Below, piece by piece: positions 1 to 8,916 of a stretch of DNA of 26,441 bases. The notes under the pieces are model-generated. The model was not told the DNA's origin, made no database searches, and saw only the letters and a program-made list of their open reading frames with translations. This DNA comes from a virus. Lineage: Duplodnaviria; Caudoviricetes. Each line of letters begins with the position of its first letter. Within the stretch, counting starts at the first letter, position 1. The position numbers and the translations under genes were made by a program. The stretch spans positions 1-26,441 of the IMG/VR virus record IMGVR_UViG_3300020043_001768; one strand, 5' to 3'.

Positions 1-60
1 ATGGGTTCTGAAAGTAATAGTTTAGCGTATTACGTTATTCATAAAAATCAAGAGTTATAA
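1..60 (+). CDS. Probable 3' end of an upstream gene (partial)
   Basis: Frame 1 is open from base 1 to TAA at 58-60 and is followed by the strong RBS of the next gene. Confidence 0.4.
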   Translation: MGSESNSLAYYVIHKNQEL

Positions 61-67
61 TTTCATT

Positions 68-76
68 TAAGGAGGT
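68..76 (+). promoter_or_regulatory. Shine-Dalgarno site TAAGGAGGT
   Basis: Perfect anti-SD complement 6 nt upstream of the ATG at 83. Confidence 0.85.
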
Positions 77-82
77 GTCGCT

Positions 83-298
83 ATGAAAAATAATGACGCG
101 CATGTTTGGACAGTCTCTGGTACAAACATTGAAGAACGATGGAGGCTTAAATATGGTTGGGTAAGACCATCAGAGCAAGCCGAATATCAACAGAAGTTCA
201 AATACTATCAAGAGCTACCCTTACGTAAGCTGGACGATGAAGCCAAGATTGAGTATGAGCGGATATTAAAGACAGCAAAGGTGGCTAGAATAAGATGA
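83..298 (+). CDS. Small phage hypothetical protein (71 aa)
   Basis: Strong SD and ATG start; its stop overlaps the next start (ATGA at 295-298). Confidence 0.8.
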   Translation: MKNNDAHVWTVSGTNIEERWRLKYGWVRPSEQAEYQQKFKYYQELPLRKLDDEAKIEYERILKTAKVARIR

Positions 299-471
299 TA
301 GATGGAAAATTTTGTTTAAGTTGTCAATGCTTCAGACAAAAAGATATGATGAAGTTTGTAACAATAGGTAAGAAAAGAATGTGGCGCTGCACTTTCTGTA
401 TTGAAAGGCGCGCTCAAACCAAGTACTCTTCTAAATCTAAAGAGAAAGAACGTGATGGAGCAGCAGTATAA
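295..471 (+). CDS. Small CxxC...CxxC zinc-ribbon-like protein (58 aa), not in the ORF track
   Basis: Manual translation MIDGKFCLSCQCFRQKDMMKFVTIGKKRMWRCTFCIERRAQTKYSSKSKEKERDGAAV; ATGA coupling to the upstream gene. Confidence 0.75.
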   Translation: MIDGKFCLSCQCFRQKDMMKFVTIGKKRMWRCTFCIERRAQTKYSSKSKEKERDGAAV

Positions 472-619
472 AGATTGGGTCGCTCTTCTTGAAAGAACGA
501 ACAACGCAGATCTTTTGAAAGATCCTTATAACGTCTGGATTGAGGCTTGGACTTTAGCTACGGCTTTGGCTCAACAAAAAGACCCCACCGAAGTGGGGTT
601 AAAACACACTAGCACGTGA
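455..619 (+). CDS. Small hypothetical protein (54 aa, MEQQYKDW...)
   Basis: ATG at 455 is in the frame of the tracked 401..619 ORF, follows a purine-rich stretch and overlaps the 3' end of the zinc-ribbon gene. Confidence 0.65.
   Translation: MEQQYKDWVALLERTNNADLLKDPYNVWIEAWTLATALAQQKDPTEVGLKHTST
576..600 (-). terminator. Rho-independent terminator of the late operon (cUUCGg hairpin)
   Basis: Minus strand reads AACCCCAC-TTCG-GTGGGGTC-TTTTT, just downstream of the last minus-strand gene. Confidence 0.85.
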
Positions 620-630
620 AACCAGTGTGT
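601..630 (-). terminator. Second hairpin directly upstream of the UUCG terminator
   Basis: Minus strand reads ACACACTGG-tttcacgtg-CTAGTGTGT-TTT, a 9-bp stem with one G-U pair. Confidence 0.5.
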
Positions 631-639
631 GGAGACAAC

Positions 640-1467
640 CTATTCGCCTCGATAATAATCGTAGGCTTGAAGAGCTAAAGGTGACACAATACCTAATGCA
701 GTGCCGATACCTCTAGTTAGAGGATGAGGAACCATAGAAGCTACGCTACCTAACGCGCCTGCTCCAGACAACACCGCTCCAGGAATATCCCTGTTTCTAA
801 GTCTATTGTATGCGTCTGTTCCTTGATATCCTGCGCTTGCTGCGCTGATGCCAGTCATTAAACGAGGTGCTATGTCAGTAGCAACACCCATACCTCTTCC
901 TGTAGCTTCAGCAGCACGTTTTGCTCTTTCGGAAAACATTTTCTGACGAGCTTCTTGCATCATTCGCTGTTCAGCTTCAGTCTTATTAGGAAGGATGATA
1001 CCTTCGCGGTTAGTTTTGAATTGAGCAGTTTCAGTAGGTGTGAGTCCTTGTTGAATCCTATAATTACGTGCAGCTTCAGTGACGGACTCTCCTCCTGGAC
1101 CCATGGAGCCGACAACTTTACTGCTCCACTTATCACCAGAAGCTAAAGGTCCACCCGCAGCAGGAGGCGCAGAAGCAGGAGGTGGAACTGTTGAAGGAGA
1201 AGGCGCGCTAGCTCTAGCGGGAGGCTGGACGCGTTGTTGAATCATTTTGGCTTTCTGCCCACCTAAGAAGCCTAAAATACCTGTTCCAGCTGCAACCAAT
1301 TCAGGGCTAACTTCATCAAATGAAGAAGGTGCAGGTTCTACTGAGACCGAGCCTTTAGGTTCTCCTGTTGGAGTGTAAATAGGTTTGTACTCACCTTTAT
1401 CATCAAAAGCGTTAGGTAGTAACTCTCTTAATTTACTTTCAGGATCAAATTTTTCTTTTTCAGCCAT
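640..1467 (-). CDS. Putative internal virion/ejection protein (275 aa)
   Basis: Last gene of the ejection-protein block; Pro/Ala linker and Gly-rich hydrophobic C-terminal helices. Confidence 0.55.
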   Translation of the reverse strand: MAEKEKFDPESKLRELLPNAFDDKGEYKPIYTPTGEPKGSVSVEPAPSSFDEVSPELVAAGTGILGFLGGQKAKMIQQRVQPPARASAPSPSTVPPPASAPPAAGGPLASGDKWSSKVVGSMGPGGESVTEAARNYRIQQGLTPTETAQFKTNREGIILPNKTEAEQRMMQEARQKMFSERAKRAAEATGRGMGVATDIAPRLMTGISAASAGYQGTDAYNRLRNRDIPGAVLSGAGALGSVASMVPHPLTRGIGTALGIVSPLALQAYDYYRGE

Positions 1468-1475
1468 AATTTATC

Positions 1476-3068
1476 TCAGTATAGTGAAAGTTGGTTTAAT
1501 TTACGTAATGTTTTTGTGTACTGATCAGCAACTTCATAGAACTCTTTAGATTTGAAAAAATCTGAAGTTTTGGCTTTTGGGTTACGCGAGAAATAATCAT
1601 TTTGTATTTTATGAATTTCACCTTGATAATGATTCATGATTTTAAATTTATTGACTAAAGTGTTTATCACTACTTTAGAGTCAGTGTCTTTGAATCCTGG
1701 TTCCGCCATTTTCTGAGCATCATAAACGCTGATTTGAGGACCAAAAATGTCTTTACCTTGTTTCATTACTCCCATATTCAATCTAGATATTATGTTTGAC
1801 ATTTCACGAGCAGCATCTTGCTCTCGAGGCGAGAACTCTAGTTTTTTCATCATTTCAAATCCTGGACCACTTATTGTTCCAACTGGAGTTGTAAAACCGC
1901 TCTCGACACCTTGAATCATTGCAGTCATGATTCCTTGTTTATTCAACAAAGTAGTGATTTTAGCATTTCTAGGGTCGTTAACAATATCATAGAGACGATC
2001 TAAGTCAGTACCAGTTACCCCAACTGTAACGGGATCATAAGCGTCAACAGCTTCATATTTCTTTTTAGCAGAAGCTTCACGACCTTCTACACTTTGTTTG
2101 TAGATATCAAGCTCAGCTTGGCTCTCTTGTTTTTTACGCTCTTGATAAGCAACGAGGGTTTCTCCTGGACGTCTATCAGAAACTCGTGAGCTAGCCACTT
2201 GAACGTCGCCAGTACGCGTTGTTTCAGTTTTTACAGTGTCGTCAGCAGGGTAACCAGCTTTAATGAATGCTGCCTTGCGTTTTTCAAACGGCATACTGTC
2301 AAAAAGATCAGCAACATCAGATCTTGCCATTACGTTACTAATTAATCCCATTTCTTGAGCTGTGTTAGCGAGTCTTTCTCTTTCATTCAATGACAATTTT
2401 GAAAAAGTATATGGGTCTGAAGCAGGAGCAGCCGAGCTTTGAACTGCAGAAGGCGCAGCAGGCGTAACAGGAGCAGTAGTCTTAGACTTGATATTAAAGT
2501 CAGGGTCATATTTAGCACCAAATTCACTTTCTTCAAGACCGAATTTTTTCTGTTTAATATCAATGTCCGCGCCTTTAACCTGCATGTCATACACATCTTT
2601 TAACATCGCAGCTCGGGTTGGTGACAAAGTCGAAATCATCGGGTAAAGCTGAGGAATCCTTGAGAGTTGGGTTTGTGAAAGATTACCAGAGCTTAGAGTT
2701 TGTTGAGTGCTCTTAGGATCAATACCTAAATTGTCAGCAATGATATTTAATGCTTTCGCATCATTTTCGATTGTATATTTTTGACCTGCTAATTGAGCTC
2801 TCATCATAGCAAGAGTAGGCGCGTTTGCTTTTTGTGCTTCTATATCTTTGCCTATTGAAGCTGACGCTCTACCTACGGACTCACCAAAAGAACCAGTACG
2901 TCCTGGATCAAAGAATTGACCAGCCACATTGAAATAATTTATCTCGTTTCTTTTTTCAAGTGACTCTATAACTTTAGTAAGAGCAGCCATGTACTCTTGT
3001 TGAGCAGTAGGGTCACCAGATATGCTAGGTGGTATTGCAGGTAATGCGCCGATTGGATTAGTAGCCAT
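1476..3068 (-). CDS. Putative ejection (DNA transfer) protein (530 aa), in the P22 gp16 position
   Basis: Long, helical-looking, Cys/Trp-free protein downstream of the nozzle; synteny with podovirus ejection genes. Confidence 0.6.
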   Translation of the reverse strand: MATNPIGALPAIPPSISGDPTAQQEYMAALTKVIESLEKRNEINYFNVAGQFFDPGRTGSFGESVGRASASIGKDIEAQKANAPTLAMMRAQLAGQKYTIENDAKALNIIADNLGIDPKSTQQTLSSGNLSQTQLSRIPQLYPMISTLSPTRAAMLKDVYDMQVKGADIDIKQKKFGLEESEFGAKYDPDFNIKSKTTAPVTPAAPSAVQSSAAPASDPYTFSKLSLNERERLANTAQEMGLISNVMARSDVADLFDSMPFEKRKAAFIKAGYPADDTVKTETTRTGDVQVASSRVSDRRPGETLVAYQERKKQESQAELDIYKQSVEGREASAKKKYEAVDAYDPVTVGVTGTDLDRLYDIVNDPRNAKITTLLNKQGIMTAMIQGVESGFTTPVGTISGPGFEMMKKLEFSPREQDAAREMSNIISRLNMGVMKQGKDIFGPQISVYDAQKMAEPGFKDTDSKVVINTLVNKFKIMNHYQGEIHKIQNDYFSRNPKAKTSDFFKSKEFYEVADQYTKTLRKLNQLSLY

Positions 3069-3070
3069 GT

Positions 3071-4432
3071 TTAATATCCTGCGTCACTATAAGGGTCGTA
3101 ATAATAATCGTCATCTGCTAAGTTAGGGTAGGCATTGCTATAATTTTGAAAGTCTTGATATATAGCTTCTTGATCATAAAGACCTTGCTCGGTCATACCG
3201 CCTTCGCCTGTATCAACACCTTCAGATCCAGTTCCTGGTAGAACATTACCTGCTTTATCAAAATTTTCTACTCTTCCATCAGGATGCATGACAGTTCTAG
3301 TGCCATCACTGGCAACATTTAACGTGCCTCCGTCGGCTAATGTTTGTTGATAAGCGATAGGTTTACCGCTTTGACCACCTACGAGAGCATTGAACGCTGA
3401 TCCTGCTGCTTTGCCTACTGGTCCAGCAGCTAACTTCTCAACACCACTTCCAATCGAAGAGAAGAGATTTGGAACTTCTTTAGCCAGTGCACCAAGACCT
3501 GCAATCTGAGAAAGCGGTGAAGCGTTGTACGCTCCAGGAATAGGTCCAGTGTAAGAAGACGCGGTAGAAGTAGGTATTGTTTGTCCTCTCAATAATGCTG
3601 CCTGAGAAGTTAACTGTTGCATTGGGAATAATTGATAATTCTGCTCTAGCGCACGTTGCTGTTCACCTATTGTTGCAGCAGCATTTATATCACCTAAGCC
3701 AAGAGCTTGCCTCTGGTTAGCTATGTCGCTGAATCGCTGGCTTCCAGCTAATCTAGCTTGTTGCTCTTGTTGTGCAGCTGCAAGTGCTTGGCTATAACCT
3801 GTTTGGAGCGCTTGAGACTGCGCTAAATTGAGATTTGATAACCCTGTATTGAACGCTTGACCGAGCACTTCTGCACCGCGTTTTGAGCCGAACTGACCTG
3901 AGCCTACTGCAGCTGACGTAGCAGCAGGTGCTAAATATTTCTCAATATTTCTTCTACCTTCAACACCTAACGCATCAACTACGTTTTGGGTATAAGGATT
4001 CATATATCTACCTGCTGCTGCAGCTGCATCATAATTACCCGCCTGAGTAGCTAGATTGGTAGCTGAAGTTAATGCTGGATCGTAAGAACCCACATTTGTT
4101 TTAGTCAAATCGAACGCTTGATTCTGTAACGCTGTCGGACCAATAAATTGAGCATTTTGAGCTGCACTAGCGCCTTGCTTGGCTAGCTGATTCAAATAAT
4201 CAGTATAGAATGTCGGTGTCGCAGTAGCTTGTTTTTGAACTGTAGTAATATTAGGTAGCGCAGTTCCTTGTGTCAGTCCCCCACCTCCTGGAGCTGAGCC
4301 TGCGGTCATACCTAAATCAGGGATAGCAGCAAAGTTAGACACTGATCCTGGAACATTCATTGACAACGGATTATTAATCGCAGGAGCGTTAGTTGTTGTC
4401 ATAGCCGTTTGTGTTGAAGTTGGTAGTGCCAT
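3071..4432 (-). CDS. Putative ejection protein (453 aa), in the P22 gp20 position
   Basis: Ala/Gln/Gly-rich, with YMNPYTQNVVD and GQFGSKRG motifs of the kind seen in podovirus DNA-transfer proteins; TAATG coupling at 4432. Confidence 0.7.
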   Translation of the reverse strand: MALPTSTQTAMTTTNAPAINNPLSMNVPGSVSNFAAIPDLGMTAGSAPGGGGLTQGTALPNITTVQKQATATPTFYTDYLNQLAKQGASAAQNAQFIGPTALQNQAFDLTKTNVGSYDPALTSATNLATQAGNYDAAAAAGRYMNPYTQNVVDALGVEGRRNIEKYLAPAATSAAVGSGQFGSKRGAEVLGQAFNTGLSNLNLAQSQALQTGYSQALAAAQQEQQARLAGSQRFSDIANQRQALGLGDINAAATIGEQQRALEQNYQLFPMQQLTSQAALLRGQTIPTSTASSYTGPIPGAYNASPLSQIAGLGALAKEVPNLFSSIGSGVEKLAAGPVGKAAGSAFNALVGGQSGKPIAYQQTLADGGTLNVASDGTRTVMHPDGRVENFDKAGNVLPGTGSEGVDTGEGGMTEQGLYDQEAIYQDFQNYSNAYPNLADDDYYYDPYSDAGY

Positions 4433-6480
4433 TATGCTTTCCCTTTCAAATACTCTAAAGGCGATTTAGCCTTCGGAGGAATTTTATCGTGAGGCGCAGA
4501 CCGCTTATGTTTACGAATCGCTTCACGCATTTTATCTAATTGTAACGCTCCAGCCTTTGAAGAACCATTTCCTAATGCTGCGACAGTATCTGCGTCAAAT
4601 ACGTATTCACCATCGGCTAGCATCGCTGGAATATCATCAGATTGACCATCACCTCGTCCTTGAACAAAATGACCTGTCGCGCCTGTAATGAACTCAGGAA
4701 CATGATCGCTATGGTTTGAATTAGATAAACCACCTTTAGCGCGGTTTACAAAATACTGTGATGAGATAGGTCTGTTGTAATTACTGGAAGGGTCACCATA
4801 TGGAACTCTAGCAGCATATCGATCTTGATTAGGAGGAGTCAGGCTCTGTGCAGCTAATTTGAACCCTCGGTCGCTTTGAGCGAACTCATAATCTTCTTGC
4901 GCTTTTCTATATCTTTCTAAAACATCGCGAGGATTACCGCCTTTATTCATGCGAACTGTACCGCCACGAGCGTAAGTTTGATCAGAAACATCAGTTGTTA
5001 TAGATGAGAGAATTCTAGGGTCAACATTCTGAAGCTGAGGGTAGAGCTGTTTCAATTGATTGATTTTAGGGCTGTCAGGCGTTGAGTCATACATAGCTTG
5101 AGAGGTCAAAACTCCTGAAGCTAGAGGTGCAGGTAATCCTGCTGCATTCAATCCTGAGCTAGGAAATAGACCAGTGACATTACCTACGTTTGCATTAGGA
5201 GAAGAGCCAGTAGGAACACCTGCAGCACCACCCGCTAGAGACACATCTGAGGTGTTTGAAGTCGTAGATGCCATAGTAGGTAGACCTGTCGATCCAATCA
5301 ACGACGAACTGCTTTGCTCGTTACCAAATATAGGTGCTCCAGCAGGACTCATTCTTGGTGTAAATGCAGACATCTGATTAGGCTGAGAAGCTATTGGCAA
5401 AGCGCCTGAAGGTTGAGCGTAACTAACTTGAGTAGGAGCGCCTGCTAATCTTGTTCGAGGCATCGGTCTCTGTGGTCGAGTTGGATCTTCAGTTAGTAGA
5501 TCTCTAGTTTCAGATCTAGCTAAAGAACCTAATACATCACCTGTTACTGTTTGCCTGTCAGCATCACCTGTTATTTGATTTTCTAAAGCAGTACCTAACT
5601 GTCTGCCTGCTACGCCAGCTGCGCCTACAGCAGCACCAGTCAGACCGCCTGCGAGTATATTTTGATCGTTCAATGCTGCACTGGTTACACCGCTAGTAGC
5701 TCCACGTAATGCGCCTGCAGAATAAGGATCAAGACCTAACTCTCTGGAAACCATGTTAGTAGCACCACCTGCAGTGCCACCGATACCGCCTGTCAAAGCG
5801 CCCATGCCGACATCTCTATCATTGAGAGCAGCATTCAAACCACCACCTACAGTACCGCTTAAACCGCCTGAAATCATCGGATTAACGTCATATGCATTTA
5901 GAGTGCTAGTTAACCCTCCTGTGACACCGCCTGAAATACCTGCTTTAAATGCTTGCTCTGGATCAATGCTACCTGTGGTTGCTAACTGAGTCGCGGAGTT
6001 TATTGCAGCACCTTTTGCAGCATTCATAGCTGCTGCTTGCAAAGCTGCTTCCGCTGTTGCTGCAGTTGCAGCTGACGTTGTGCCAGCCACCATTCCTGCG
6101 GTAGTCGCACCTTCGGCTATTGCTGCTGCCTCTAATGCTGCTGCAGCTGATGCTGAGACCCCAGCTTCTGCGGCAAGATATGGTGCTGCATAGGGAGCTG
6201 CAACCATTAACGCAACTGTACCGACAGTAGCCCAACCTCCTGGAACTACGTCATTGACACCTTTATCAATCTGTACACCTACATCGCCAATAGCCTGAGC
6301 TACATCGCCAATAGCACTGCCGACACCTTGAACTACATCACTGACGGCATCAACTATCCCGCCTACAATACCACCCCCGCCACCCCCACCTTCTAGGGTC
6401 ATGCCACGAGCAAAAGGACTGCGCCCCCCACGAGGGGAGAACGCGTTAATAGGTAAAGTGCTTTCTAGACTATATCTCAT
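4432..6480 (-). CDS. Putative ejection/pilot protein in the P22 gp7 position (about 682 aa; start probably 6480)
   Basis: ATGA overlap at 6477-6480; leader plus poly-Gly, hydrophobic segment, Gly-zipper repeats and C-terminal GxGDGQSDDIPAMLADGEYV motif. Confidence 0.7.
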   Translation of the reverse strand: MRYSLESTLPINAFSPRGGRSPFARGMTLEGGGGGGGIVGGIVDAVSDVVQGVGSAIGDVAQAIGDVGVQIDKGVNDVVPGGWATVGTVALMVAAPYAAPYLAAEAGVSASAAAALEAAAIAEGATTAGMVAGTTSAATAATAEAALQAAAMNAAKGAAINSATQLATTGSIDPEQAFKAGISGGVTGGLTSTLNAYDVNPMISGGLSGTVGGGLNAALNDRDVGMGALTGGIGGTAGGATNMVSRELGLDPYSAGALRGATSGVTSAALNDQNILAGGLTGAAVGAAGVAGRQLGTALENQITGDADRQTVTGDVLGSLARSETRDLLTEDPTRPQRPMPRTRLAGAPTQVSYAQPSGALPIASQPNQMSAFTPRMSPAGAPIFGNEQSSSSLIGSTGLPTMASTTSNTSDVSLAGGAAGVPTGSSPNANVGNVTGLFPSSGLNAAGLPAPLASGVLTSQAMYDSTPDSPKINQLKQLYPQLQNVDPRILSSITTDVSDQTYARGGTVRMNKGGNPRDVLERYRKAQEDYEFAQSDRGFKLAAQSLTPPNQDRYAARVPYGDPSSNYNRPISSQYFVNRAKGGLSNSNHSDHVPEFITGATGHFVQGRGDGQSDDIPAMLADGEYVFDADTVAALGNGSSKAGALQLDKMREAIRKHKRSAPHDKIPPKAKSPLEYLKGKA

Positions 6481-6842
6481 CTTGTAATCATCCACTGGTA
6501 CTGAGGTCTATCAGAGGGAGTAACCCTGAGGTCGTTCATTTTTAATACTTGAAGCATTTGTGCGTCTCTAGGGTCTGCAATGTATGCAACTTGAATATCA
6601 GATTTTTTCAATTTTTCAATCAACACTTTCAACGCGGATACAAGTCTCAAACCGCTATCAACTGTGTAAGCATGAACTTCTACAGCAGCATCACCTAATC
6701 TCACAACGACTAAAACAGTATCAGCGCTTTGAAGAACGACAGCCATATTATCATTGACTAGTTTTCCAATGCCAGCCAGAACCTTATCTGGTCCGTCTTC
6801 CTGGCTAAATTTGTCGTTGTAAATTACTTCGGATGCTTTCAT
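6477..6842 (-). CDS. Hypothetical alpha/beta protein (121 aa) in the P22 gp14 / T7 gp13 position, possibly a degenerate GNAT fold
   Basis: Lies between the nozzle and the first ejection gene; strand/helix pattern; the fold call is inference. Confidence 0.5.
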   Translation of the reverse strand: MKASEVIYNDKFSQEDGPDKVLAGIGKLVNDNMAVVLQSADTVLVVVRLGDAAVEVHAYTVDSGLRLVSALKVLIEKLKKSDIQVAYIADPRDAQMLQVLKMNDLRVTPSDRPQYQWMITR

Positions 6843-6844
6843 AT

Positions 6845-7078
6845 TTACGCCTTAATTGACATTATGCCGACTAATTGAGATGCCCATTCTTGCCACGTTT
6901 TGAAACCTCTATGATCAGGTACTCCTGAATCCATAAAATAACCTATTCCAGCCATGCCAGAAGCCCAATCACGCCATTTGTCTTCGGGAGCTGTACCTAA
7001 CTGCTGAGCAGCAAATAGATCTGCCATCAGAGGACACCACTCGTTCCAAGACATATAACGCGGATCGTATGTAACCAT
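6845..7078 (-). CDS. Small Trp-rich tail-associated protein (77 aa)
   Basis: TAATG coupling to the nozzle gene; three WxxW motifs. Confidence 0.7.
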   Translation of the reverse strand: MVTYDPRYMSWNEWCPLMADLFAAQQLGTAPEDKWRDWASGMAGIGYFMDSGVPDHRGFKTWQEWASQLVGIMSIKA

Positions 7079-8916
7079 TATGGGTTTCCTGTGCTACGTT
7101 CATCACCAAAGTCAGCGGAAAGCAATATTTGACCTGTTTCGTAATTACCATTCACGATATTACTCTCAAATTTAAGCCTCATTTCGCGTCTTTGTTCACG
7201 CATGTCAATTTTAAGTGTATCGGGAGTAAAAATATAGGGGTCACTAGTATCATTAACATCGTTCGCATAACCTTTACCAGTAACATAAAGGCTCATCTGT
7301 TCAGATTGATTGAAGTCAGGCTCAACACGCTCAAGACGAATCCAGCGGTTAGGACCAACAGGGTCTTCAGCTCCTGGACCGCCTGTTACCCAGCCTATAT
7401 TGTTTGTTTCAAAGTAGCTCTGGATAGCGTTTTCGTTGTTCAAATAGATCTCGTTAACCCCTGTTTCGTGTTGCCAGAGGGTATATGTGCCTACAGTATT
7501 CTCTTCAGTTCCAGCCCAAACAGGTCTACGGAAAACTTCTGAGAACACCCCTGCTGATCTACGAACTCCGAGAGCTGTTCCAGCATCATACCAAATTTGC
7601 TCACGAATATTGAAAACAATTGCATCGTTGCATTCAGTGGCATCGCCTTTCGGATAAAACCACCAGATTTCACCCCAACGAGGAACTTTTGAAACCCAAA
7701 CTTTTTGACGCTGATTGTAATTAAGATTGTCAAAGAAATAGTTCATGTTCATCTGATTAGGGATTTCTTGAACTACTCCGTTGTACATCAAGAAACGATC
7801 AACACCGCACCAGAAGTAAATACCATCATATTCTATAACACAGCTTGATGACATAATAGAAGTCTGTTGACTGATGATGTCATAACGCCAAAATATAGTA
7901 GAAGCGCCTACAGTAGAAGGACTATAACTAACACGAACTAATGAGTCCAATGACCAGAATAAGCCCGATGGTGAGGTTGTACCGCCTCGAACTGGAAGAC
8001 CTTTGACTATTTTTCCTGTTGAGACGTTAGTTTCGTTAGCGTCAGCAGAGTTCCAATCAAAGAAATTACCAGCTGAGCAGTTTTTAATCAGTCCGTCGTT
8101 ACCATACACAAATAAATATGGATGCAAAAGTACGCAACCACCTGAAACTTCAATAGGATCATTTGTAGGTGAGCCTCCCTGTGAGTCAGTCAAAGCTACA
8201 AGACCGCCTCCAGGAAACGTACCCGAGAAAACGGGAGTGTTAGCTGTATTGTCAATATTTGTAAGATTCAATCCTGGATGAGCTACTAACGAAGATATTC
8301 CACCATTACCCGCGTCATAACCAATATCAAATTGCCAAAGGTTGTCCGCGTCTGCAGTAAAATCGTTAACTATTGTAGCTACGTTAATCGAAAAACCTGA
8401 ACCGCTTCCACCTAAACTAGCAGTGCTTGCTGTCAAAACATTTCCAACGACGTAATTGAATCCACCGCTGACTAGAGTAACAGTGGTGACAACATTACCA
8501 ACAACTACTACAGTAGCAGTAGCGCTAATTCCTGAACCGCCTAATAATGGGATTGCTGTATATGTTCCGTTAACATAACCCGAGCCAGCCACTAGAGTAC
8601 CGAGTGTTAATATCTCACCGCTGAAACCTATATTGATTGGACCTGTTCCGATTCCGTTGTTATTATCAGTCTGCCACATTTGAAGATAAGACTGAGAACC
8701 CGAATAAACATAGTTTTGACCATTTTCAGAATTCATGATCATCCCGCGAGATATCTCTGAAGCGTTCAAAAACATCCCTCTGTAACCACCCATTTTACGA
8801 GGACGACCACGTTGAAAACGAACCCAACGCCCATCAGTAAAACAAGGCGCGTCAAACTGCGTTCCGTCTCTCTGGATTCCAGGTTTGATTTGAAGGGATA
8901 TGACTTTAGCGGTCAA
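7078..8916 (-). CDS. Tail nozzle / head-closure protein (P22 gp10 or tail tubular protein B-like, 612 aa)
   Basis: Size, beta-rich composition, N-terminal PGIQRDGT...WVRFQRGRPRKMGG and the GEIWWFYP motif; position before the ejection genes. Confidence 0.75.
   Translation of the reverse strand: MTAKVISLQIKPGIQRDGTQFDAPCFTDGRWVRFQRGRPRKMGGYRGMFLNASEISRGMIMNSENGQNYVYSGSQSYLQMWQTDNNNGIGTGPINIGFSGEILTLGTLVAGSGYVNGTYTAIPLLGGSGISATATVVVVGNVVTTVTLVSGGFNYVVGNVLTASTASLGGSGSGFSINVATIVNDFTADADNLWQFDIGYDAGNGGISSLVAHPGLNLTNIDNTANTPVFSGTFPGGGLVALTDSQGGSPTNDPIEVSGGCVLLHPYLFVYGNDGLIKNCSAGNFFDWNSADANETNVSTGKIVKGLPVRGGTTSPSGLFWSLDSLVRVSYSPSTVGASTIFWRYDIISQQTSIMSSSCVIEYDGIYFWCGVDRFLMYNGVVQEIPNQMNMNYFFDNLNYNQRQKVWVSKVPRWGEIWWFYPKGDATECNDAIVFNIREQIWYDAGTALGVRRSAGVFSEVFRRPVWAGTEENTVGTYTLWQHETGVNEIYLNNENAIQSYFETNNIGWVTGGPGAEDPVGPNRWIRLERVEPDFNQSEQMSLYVTGKGYANDVNDTSDPYIFTPDTLKIDMREQRREMRLKFESNIVNGNYETGQILLSADFGDERSTGNP

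Noticed and set aside
316-504. 62-aa minus-strand ORF
   Set aside because: It lies beyond the late terminator and is antisense to better-supported coupled plus-strand genes.
6370-6430. C/G-rich runs as phase-variation tracts
   Set aside because: The runs are short and explained by poly-Gly and Arg-Gly-Gly codons, and the reading frame is intact.
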